Source of the DNA: Paraspadella gotoi
Taxonomy: Eukaryota > Animalia > Chaetognatha
Length of the DNA: 17,984 bases
Reading direction: 5' to 3'
Assembly (NCBI GenBank): GCA_051294375.1
Contig: JBJCIZ010000414.1
Span: 1-17,984, forward strand
Below are positions 9,196-17,984 of the stretch, piece by piece. The stretch's first letter is position 1. Each line of letters opens with the position of its first letter. The notes below the pieces were generated by a model. The model made no database searches, was not told the DNA's origin, and saw only the letters and a list, made by a program, of their open reading frames with translations. The position numbers were made by a program, and so were the translations under genes.

Positions 9196-10860
9196 CTATC
9201 TGTAATTACATCTTCTATGTGATCTGAAGCAGTTGGTTTCCATGAATGCTGTATTGCTAGCTCTTAATTCTGCAGCAAATTCTTCCGGCACTTCCGTATC
9301 TTGTAAATGATGTGGCACTTTACCATCAATACTATGTTTGAAAAGTGAATCTTCAGCTTGGTCATAATGGGTTTCTGGCTTAACATACCTTGTTAAAAGG
9401 TCTGCCAATTGATCATTTGATTTACAAAGGATCGTACGGAAACAAAAGGTTTCTCTCATATGGAGCATAGATGCTCNNNNNNNNNNTGGCAGTGTTGCTA
9501 TTTCTTTTCTTGCCCAATTATGAACCGAGGCAGAATCTGTCACTACAAAAAATTTACGGAACCTTAATAGGAGTGACATTTGATCCATGGCACTACACAA
9601 ACCTATTAATTCTTTGCGGTTGATATGGTACTTCATCTGCTGCTGCGTAAACATTCTAGATACTGTGTAGAGGCACATTAGCTTATTTTGCCGCAAGGTA
9701 AAAAGTGCAGCACCATAGCTTAGCTCAGAAGCATCTGTAAACAGCAAGAATACGCTCTTATCTACATCCTCTTTTTCAAGTAAATGCAAACCATTAGAGT
9801 TGGTAACAAGGTGTAGCATTTCTCTAAGATGTACTATCATTTTTGGGGTGAGCTTGAATCGGCTAGCCGATTCTTTTTGCCTTTCCAGTTCTATATAAAG
9901 CTGTTTTTGTTCATATGCAAAACGGGGGCTGAAGGATCGAAAGAAACTTAATGACTGTGCAAGTTGCTGCACTTTTTTTCTACTGCTAGGGAGTGGCCTA
10001 GTCGAGTAATCAGAAAGCTNNNNNNNNNNTGGGTATATTTTACCGTTTTGGAACTGGAAGCCTAAGAACTGAAAATCACCATCATCCTCTACATTCATGG
10101 CAACTGATACCTCTCCTGGCTTTAATAACAGGTTCTGATATTTGCAACGTTTGAGAAAAGTTTCATATTGGTTTATACTCTCATCCACTGTTTGAGCTTT
10201 TAATGAAAAGTTGTCAGCATAGCTCATACAAGTGCCTATTTCAAAATCANNNNNNNNNNNNNNNNNNNNNNCCCTTGATGTTGTTGGGAAGGTTGGTGAT
10301 GCTCCCATAGTGGCTCTAGTAAAGTTATAGCTTTTGCCATCTCCTCCATAGATAGCAGTAACTGGCCGGGATTTCTCTGATATGACAATATTATAGAAAA
10401 AGTTGGAGAAGTCAATGATAGTATAGTAAGCATTGCTTTCCATATAGCTAACCATTTCGCGCATGCCTGACTAAATAGTTTGAAAAAGTTTCATTGCTTT
10501 GCATAAGTGTGCCTGGTCAGCCACAAAGCGAAAATTTGCAGCTATATCCTCATCAGTAGCATTGTTTAATTGTTCCAATAGAACGTATCTTACAGTTTTT
10601 CTTTTCTATCACAAAGGCATTTGCTATAGACGAATATCTAGAAGGTTCTAGTACATTGGCTCTTAGCAGAATGTCTATGTACCTTGAAAGTAATTTCTTT
10701 TGGAAAACCCCAGTTGGTCTAGGGTTAGATGCTACTATCTTGTCAGGGTCATAAGCTATGTCAATAGCATGGTCACGGACTCCTGCTTCTGAATGTTGGA
10801 AGGTTGTTGCAAAAAGGCATCTGTACTTCCAAGTTAGGTCCTGACACCGCTTAGCTGCTC
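9196..10860 (-). pseudogene. pol: Reverse transcriptase + RNase H of Pol, disrupted in this sequence
   Basis: ORF 9196-10464 has IIDFSNFFYNI, YNFTRATMGA, SYADNF, FLGF and RNase H LFTDAS...KELIGL...VVTDS...ADLLTR. Manual translation upstream gives the RT N-terminus (HAIDI...LLRANVLEPSRYSSIANAFVIEKK...FRFVADQ), separated by a frameshift near 10580 and an in-frame TAG at 10471-10473. Confidence 0.93.
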
Positions 10861-11339
10861 TTCATTTAACCTCTTGCCTATAGCTACTTTTTCCATTAAG
10901 CATCTTTTCCTTTTTCATCCCAGTATTTTTCTATATCATTTTGGACTTTATTTATTGCATCTGCAATTTCTTTTTTTGACATATCTTCCCGGTCAACAAT
11001 AGATGTAAATTTAGATAAATGAGAGTATTGTTTTTGATCTTGTTGGTAATTTCATCAAGTTTATCAGCTAGCCAATCGGGCGTATCCTCTCCAGTATAAC
11101 TGGCATCATCGCTTCACTATCTGGGAGTTCGCCATCTTCTATTTCATTATCATCTGAAATTTCACCTTCTTCCCTATTATTATCAGCTGTCATTCCTAGA
11201 AAACAGTTGTTTACTTTATCTCTTTGTAAGAGTGTTTGATATGCTTTTGTCACTTTTCTCTGTACTTCTTCAGATGCTAATGCAGTGGTTTCTGCTAAAG
11301 GGCAATCTGCTAGCTCTGCTTGTAATTGTTGGTCAACAA

Positions 11340-11612
11340 TTGGTTTTAAAGTACCTATGATCATTCCTGCAGGTAAAATAAACATTTTGTAGTATCATTT
11401 CTGATGACTATTTTTATTGGGTCTCTAAAATAGTCATGGCTTCTATTTATAAAAAGATCAAGGGCATAAACTCCTGGGATACTGGAAATATTGTTCTCAA
11501 AGTGCCTATGAGTATCACTAAACCTTATACCTCTTTTGCTCCCAAGTGTAGATTCACAATTATATGGCTATTAGGGTTGATGGTTTTATCTTCATTCAAT
11601 TTAATTTTATCA
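11340..11612 (-). other. Degenerate dUTPase-like (beta-clip) segment between protease and RT
   Basis: KIKLNEDKTINPNSHIIVNLHLG...PIKIVIRNDTTK/MFILPAGMIIGTL (one A added near 11385) mirrors the dUTPase pattern 'dvtIpPge..lV.tgl...ikV.l.N......i..G.rIaqL'. Catalytic motifs are not recognisable. Confidence 0.45.
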
Positions 11613-11729
11613 CCACTTATAGAGATATAGTTTCTTTCTATGTAGTGATATGCTTTTCAGCATTTCGGAGGCCACTCATTAAAGGTACTGTTATTGATTC
11701 TGTAAGGTGTAATGAATCATTCTCTAGCT

Positions 11730-12030
11730 TGAATTTTAGGTTTGTAAGAAAGAATTTCCTATTAAAATGAATGAGGTAGGGAAATCTGGGTTTTCAACTA
11801 CTAGAAAGGAATGATAGTTTTGACTACTACCAAGTCTACAAGCACTTGCTTTTCTGTTGCTATTATTGTACCATTAGCCGTATGAATAGATATAGCTTCA
11901 GTTGGTACTATAGTCATATGTAGTCTTTTTGCCAATTGTCCACTTATGAGGGAAGCAGAGGCCCCAGTATCTAGTATCATTTCTTTAACAATCTTGTTGT
12001 TAAAAATGCCTACTAAATAAAAGTTTGAGC
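11730..12030 (-). CDS. pol: Retropepsin-like aspartic protease domain of Pol (absent from the ORF track)
   Basis: Manual translation: KEMILDTGASASLISGQLAKRL...IHTANG...FLVVENPDFPTSFILIGNSFL. This has the catalytic DTG (11963-11971), the flap (TANG) and an ILG-like terminal motif (LIGNSFL). Confidence 0.9.
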
Positions 12031-13046
12031 CTTTCTCATATTGATCAGTATTGAAAACTTGTTGAAAATTTACTGTATAGACCTGTTGAGTGTGATGATG
12101 ACCATTGGGATATCATATTTGTTATCTAGCATTATTATTATTGCTATTTCTATGTTCAATATTATTACTTTTGTACATTTATCATACAGATTTTTGGGTC
12201 TGCATCAATTGAAGGGAGGTTTTTAGCTAAGTCTAAATCCCATTCATGATTGTTAATGTTGTTAGGGCTTGCCTGTGAAGCCAGAATTGAGTTTATTGGC
12301 TCTGTAACTATACATTCAAACCCTTTTGGATTGTTCAGATTAAATTTTTCTGAATCTTTCCCCTTGGGCACGGGAACAGGGGGAGGGATTTCTGGGCCGC
12401 ACCTACGGGAAATGATTTTGAGTGGCGGAATATTTTTTTTCAGTTTTTCGGGCGGGACCAGATCTGTAAATTTTGATTTCGATCTGGCTCGTCAAAACTA
12501 TCAAAGGATATTTCTTGAGGCATACTTAATTCAAAGTCTCTTTGAAATTCCTCTTTTACCAACAACCATTTAGGATGGCGTAAAAGCGGCGTCTCGTGTC
12601 GTCGTTTCCGGCGGCCATTATTAATCTTTCCCTCGTCTCTTTTCTCATCCTGAGCAGCTGTGCATAACAAGGGTGAATATCAACTTCAAAGTTTTCGCGG
12701 GGAATGTCTGGAATGGGGTGAGAGTTCGCGCCCTTCTCAATGTATATTGGGGAGAAAACTTTAGCTTCAAGGTCAAAGGACAGTGACATTTCATATTTAT
12801 ATCCGCTAGAAGCCCTATGATAAAGTTCATTTTCTACAAAATATGTCTATGTTACAATTAGTTGCCTTAGCAACGGCATTTATAACGACGCCCCGGGTAA
12901 ATCTGTGATGTGATCATAGAATTGGTCAGAGGCTTTGCACGGAGGCAGAGTTAAAAGCAGCTATTATACAGTTCTCAGTATTTTGTACAGAGGTGAAAAC
13001 TTTATTGAAGTTTTCGTAAATTAATTGAGTGAGATTATTAAAAGTG

Positions 13047-15235
13047 CTAACTCCCGGGACGCCAGTGGCTGTCAATTATTCTGACCTTGTTGTCCTTTCC
13101 GTTTCCCTGTTGGGAAAAATGACACCAACGGGTCAAGTGATCATTTTTACCTGGCAGTGACTGCAAAAGTCTTGAAATTGACAATGTGAGCTAACATGCT
13201 GATTGATTTGTCTACAGTTCATGCAAACTCTGCCCTTAAAGTTAGCGTCATTCTCGCCGCCAACTGGCATTCTCTGTACACCCGGCGGTGCCGGCATTCT
13301 GTCAGATTTTCGAGGTCTAAAAGTCACTGAACCATCTGGCCTGACAAAAGGCGTCGTTCCGGTTTTCTGGGCCTGATTATTGGATGCTGTGATGTCGGAG
13401 GCGCAATGGCCGGAAAACTAGCTGTTGTTGAGACTGCGGTGGCGCTGTCAGTTGTAACTGGGTGGCGGGGCCGGCAACTGATATTGAGGCTGTTGTTGTA
13501 TTGCTGGCTATATTGCTGGCGCTGCTGATGTTGTTGAGGGCGGTATTGCTGTTGCTGATAAGGATTATATCTAAATCGGCCAGAATTCCGCCTCTGGGGC
13601 TGAAATTGCCGTTGCTGGGTCAAGAAATTCTGCTGCTGTTGCTGTTGTCGCTGCTGAAACTGCTGCTGTGGTTTACTACCTGTTTCTTCGATAACATACT
13701 ACGACATGTCATTGCCATGTCCGTAAGGTCGCTATTTTGGTTAATATGGGCTACTATCCATTCTGGGAAATTGCCACCTTCTAGGAAGCGCGACTTTATG
13801 ACATGGAGTCGCCTTCCAGCATATCCCTTTGTTGTTGTCGGGATTTCATATCTTCATAACCTTGTTCTATCCTATCTAGGAAGTCGATTGGATCTTCGTC
13901 ATGCATTCGGTAAGGGTATGAAAACGATCATATGGGGTAAGATAGCAATGTTCATAGTCACATGACTCTAAAACATCAAAAACTCCTTTTACTGTGAGCC
14001 TCATTCTGTCTAATCCTGAAGATGAGACTTGTCTGAGGAACTTAGTTCCATATGAAGCCTTTGAAGCATGATTTAAAAGTTCTCCAGCAACTCTGCTATC
14101 TGAATAACCTTTATGGAGAAAAGCATTGATATAAGTTCTCAAGGCTATTAAATAATCAGAAAATGATGCGCTTGATTCTCTTGTGGGAAAGTTTTTAGAT
14201 TTTTAGAGGAAGGGTTCCGTCAACGGCGGTGCTGTCACCCTCATCTCCATCTAATTCAATCACTAAAGCTTTCTGTGAGCTGTGCTTAGAATCCGCTTTT
14301 CTGCTGCTGCGGCTGGAGCGGTCGCTACCACTTCGAGGCTCCTTACACCTGATAACATCGATGTCATTTTTTTAGTTGGGCCCTATAAGATTCTTTTTTC
14401 TTGTAAGCTTTTTTCAACTCTTCCTTCAGCGCCTGCACATATTGGTCTACTTCCTCTACAGGGCGCTTTCTTGGGGGGAGGTGGGGGCGGGGGGTAAGGT
14501 GTCGGGAAAATCTTCCTCTTCTCTGACTGAATTGATCTTTTAATAGATCGTTTAGATAATGCACGAGGGAGGGAGGGATCTAACAATTTTGGTGCATTTC
14601 ACTAAAATTGGAGGCGGGAAGGAAAGGGTGGATGACGCATCATCATCGGCAATTTTCTTTTCTAATTCTCTGAAAGTTTCTGATGCTGACCTTGCCTGAT
14701 TCTCATTCTTTAATGCTTCCATTGCAGCGCGCAATTCAGCATTTTCCCTCGCCAAATCTTCGTTTTTATCCCTATAGTTAATGACTTCAGACTCAGCTTC
14801 AGATAGGCATTGTGAAGGCGAACATTCTCTCTTTGTCTCTGACTGGATTCTGATGTTAAGGAGCTGATGTCCAAATGCAGCCTTTCATTCGCCAGGCAGA
14901 TGCCTTCTATCTGTTTCAGGCCTGCTAGCTGACGGCGTCGTCGTCGTCGTCACTAGAGTCTGAGTCTATCGGGGGTGGAGTACCCTACGCGCTTGAAATT
15001 GGGGGAGGGAGGCCCAGGATTCGGGAGGTGGGTGATTTTGACTTTGGCTATGAGTCGGGTTTCGATCCTGAGCATCATCTCTTGACTTTGATCTCGCTCT
15101 GCGCATTGTAGATCTACTATAATCTAATGACCTCGACCTTGAACGCGGCGCGCGGGCGGGCGCCTGTCTCCTCGCCTTCTTTCTCTGCCTCCGGGATCGT
15201 CGTCGATCTCGCGGTTGAACGCTTAGTTCACTCAT
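13047..15235 (-). pseudogene. gag: gag polyprotein, broken into several frames
   Basis: ATG in AAAAATG context at 15235 (MSELSVQPRDRRRSRR...). Consecutive minus-strand ORF fragments give coiled-coil and Pro-rich segments, a helical capsid-like segment (13876-14250), a Gln-rich tract and terminal Cys/His knuckles CMNCRQINQHVSSHC and CSHCQVK[N]DHLTRWC. Start and stop are inferred. Confidence 0.8.
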
Positions 15236-16412
15236 TTTTATCACTCGTCTTTGGGGCCGCGGGAGTATAGGGGAGTGGGCACCGGGGCGGAGGGTTGTCG
15301 ACGAAAAGGTTTTAAACTTAATTTTAAATGTTTGGTCTATTGTTGTAATCAATGATTTTTAGTTTTCTTTTATTAGTTTCTTTGTTTTTATTACTTATTT
15401 TTTTTGAAAGCTATTGGTTCACTAATCCTTTTTTCTTTTTTTTTATTAGGGGGGGGCGAAAAAAAGAAAACGGAAATATCAAAAAATTTTCTATCTCGTT
15501 ATATTTTTGGTTTTCGTAGTTAGCTAAAGTTTCAGTATTTAGTTTCTTTTTTCTTTTCTTTTTTTTTGTTTTTTTTTTTTTTGCTAGGAAAAGGGGAAAG
15601 GTTTTACCTTTCTATAAGAGAGAAAGAAAGTATCTTTCGCGGCTTTTGATCGACAGAGGGATTCGTGGGACATCGGGCGGGAAGGAGGCGTGGGCTGAGG
15701 GTGAGAGTGGAAGTGAGGGATCGATGGTAGGGAAAGTTAAACTTAGTTTTTACAGTTTTCAAATTAATTAAAAACTTAAGTTCGAGTTCTCTTTTAATAA
15801 TTTTTTTTTATATTTTAATTTGCAAAGGAAACGATTTTGTTTTCAATTTAGTGAGAAGGGGAAAAGACCGAGAGGGAAGAGAAAAAAAAACTTTCTCTTT
15901 TCTTTTTATTTTTTGTTATAAGTTTTTTTTGAATGGGGCGTGGGAAGAGGAATTTCCACTCTGACAAACAGGTGGCCGGCAGAGCCGATTTTTTTCTATC
16001 TAGTCGCCGTTGCTTTAAACTATTCATAAATATCATTTGTCCTCGCCAACGACGCTATCGTGTTGGGGCGGGAAGGTGGGGCTGGGTGTTTCGTGGGGTG
16101 GGTGTAAACGGCGGATTGGATGGGAGTAGCCGGGGAAATCTTACTTCAATGTTCTAAGAACGTGTCTTAAATCTTTTGTCAGGACGAGAAAGAAAAAAAA
16201 AAGGAATGGGGAAGCGAGAAAAGAATTTCTCCTCGATCGTGTTTTATTTTGAGGACAAATTAAGGTCAAGTTTTTTTTTATATTTTTTTGTTTGAGGTAA
16301 TAAAATCGCGATCGGGTTAGGGATGATTCGATTTGGAAAAAAAAAAGTATTATTTTTTTTGACGGATTTTTAAAATTTTGAATTTCTATCGTTTTGTTAC
16401 TTTTTAAAATTT

Positions 16413-16492
16413 CTTTCTCCTGCCGAGATTTAGTTTTACTTTCTCCTATCAAGTTTTACGTTTTACTTTCTCCTGCCAAGTTTTAGCTTTAG
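16413..16492. repeat. Three imperfect tandem copies of a 26-27 bp unit
   Basis: TTTCTCCT recurs at 16414, 16440 and 16467, each followed by similar GCCAAGTTTTA-like sequence. Confidence 0.8.
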
Positions 16493-16913
16493 ATTCTTTA
16501 GAGTTGAAGTTGAAGGACAGAAGGAAAGGATTTGATTTAGTGGGTCTCTGAGGAAAGGTCAGTGATCTGGCGTGATTGTGATTTGTTGTCGCTCACGGTT
16601 GATAAATGTGGTTAGGGTAGAAAGGGTGTGGGGTGGTTTTTTAGGTGATTGCCCGGGGATGAGACAACGAGTCGTTCCGTTTTCAGGGTGGTCAGGGTGT
16701 TGATTAAATGGGAAGGATCGCGGAAGTAAGAAAGCTAATAGATCTTAGGTTGGATACTCGTTAAAGAAATTGTTCAGCGCATCTACTAGGTCATAGGGCA
16801 TGGCTGGTCAATTGATTGATTGGGTGAAAAAGAAAGAGGAAAGAGAGAAGAGATTTTCAAGGTTCGTCGAATCGGAAAAAAAAAGTTTATTGAAGGCAGT
16901 CCTTAATCAGTTC

Positions 16914-16951
16914 ATTAATTAATTAATTAATAAGACTAATTAATTAATTAA
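16914..16951. repeat. Two (TTAA)n palindromic tracts
   Basis: ATTAATTAATTAATTAA, then TAAGAC, then TAATTAATTAATTAA. Confidence 0.85.
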
Positions 16952-17699
16952 ATCAGTTAGTCTCCAAATTATTCTACATTAGTCAAAAGTTAGTATTCGA
17001 GTTTAGTAGGAATTGGTCGCTTTTTTTATTATCCTCTTTTTTTTATTTTTTTTTTAAAATTCTTTTCAATAGTTTTGTAACTCTCATTTCGAAGAAATAT
17101 TCCTGTTTGGAGAGCGGGCTCTTTTTTTTTTTTTTTTTTTTGTTTTTTTAGAATGTCAGAGTTAACGACGGGAGTTTCGGGGTGCTCAATGGCGGCAACA
17201 ACGACAAAATGATGAATGGGGCCTTCGTTTTGAAAAAAGACACGTAACAAGTTGCGTTACTGTGTAAACCAGATTCGGCGAACTTAGTTGGCGAGGTGTC
17301 GCGAACAAGGCAATTTTGCGGGAAATCAAGGGGGAAGAGGGTTAGGGGTGCTCTCCTCACTGTTTATCGCGACCCTCACCTACCACCCTATTGTGAAAGG
17401 AGTAGACAGTTTCGCTGGACCCGATCGTAACCGGACCTCGTCGTAGGTGCGTGTATTTTGTAAGTCACGCCGGTGGCGAGTAATCCGCGGGTCCCGGTTG
17501 ATAGGAGAGGCGGCGTCTTGGGTGGAGGTCGTCCTCGTCGGCAGGTGTCGTCGGGCGTTCGTTAGCCCAGTGAGCGAAAAACACTCGAGCAAGTGCGCAG
17601 CCGATTAATCCTGCTCCATCGGGAAGCATCGAAGCAGAAAGAATTGAGTCATGAAGATTAAGGGGAAGAGAGAAATCTGAAAGAAAATATTTGGATGAC

Positions 17700-17984
17700 G
17701 AAGGCATTCAGAAAAAAGGAGGAGGGGGGCGGAAGAATGAAAGAGAAAGAGAGGAATAAAGAGAAGGGGAAGAGAAAGAAAGGTAAGGAAGATAGAAGGG
17801 GAAGGCAATGGAGTAAGAAGGACAGAGGGAGGGAACGGGGAAAGGGAGAGGAGGAAGGAAAGAAGTGAAGAAGGGAGGGGGAGAGAAGAAGAGGAGGGGA
17901 GGGTGGAGGGTGATAGAGGGAGAAGCGGAGAATGAGTGAAAGGAAACAGTGTGGAAGAGGAGAGAGGCGGTGAAGGAGGAGGGA
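17700..17984. repeat. Polypurine low-complexity tract running off the window end
   Basis: Almost exclusively G/A on the + strand. Confidence 0.85.

Larger units (their letters stand above)
4148..15235 (-). mobile_element. Ty3/gypsy (Metaviridae-like) LTR retrotransposon internal region with gag, pol (PR-RT-RH-IN) and an env-like third gene. The element probably extends further on both sides (roughly 2400 to beyond 17984), but the LTR ends are unresolved.
   Basis: Minus-strand domain order: Zn knuckles (13122-13225), LDTGAS protease (DTG at 11963-11971), RT motifs, RNase H, then HHCC+DDE integrase. Integrase after RNase H excludes copia. The RNase H signature 'SRMFTQQQMKYHINRKELIGL' is Ty3-type rather than BEL/Pao-type (KSRVAP...TIPRLEL). 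Confidence 0.93.

Noticed and set aside
13462-13965. Leu-rich + strand ORF of 167 aa
   Set aside because: Antisense shadow of the Gln-rich gag tract.
17370-17398. Possible primer-binding site TGGTAGGTGAGGGTCG after ...TTTCACA on the minus strand
   Set aside because: Only a partial match to the tRNA-iMet 3' end, 6 nt from the CA, and the adjacent sequence has no matching LTR copy in the window.

Overview
Eukaryotic (probably invertebrate) genomic DNA dominated by one large, frameshift-riddled Ty3/gypsy LTR retrotransposon on the minus strand. Its order is gag (Arg/Ser-rich N-terminus, Gln-rich tract, two CX2CX5HX4C knuckles; ~15235-13050), an unexplained ~1 kb coding stretch, aspartic protease, a dUTPase-like remnant, RT, RNase H, a long linker and integrase (ending at 7139). 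About 1.85 kb further downstream lies a third gene (5284-4148) that the ORF track shows only as fragments. After repairing several small indels by hand it reads as a signal peptide, a GFDC motif, Cys-containing motifs resembling chuvirus/herpes gB-type (class III) glycoproteins, a transmembrane region and a PPxY-containing tail. It is very short and appears to lack the central fusion domains, and it is the most interesting item in the window. LTRs could not be paired inside the window. The left flank holds a tRNA-Gly-like SINE head, a possible Helentron/DINE-like fragment and (ATT)n and (GA)n microsatellites. All family calls come from motif recognition by eye, not database searches.
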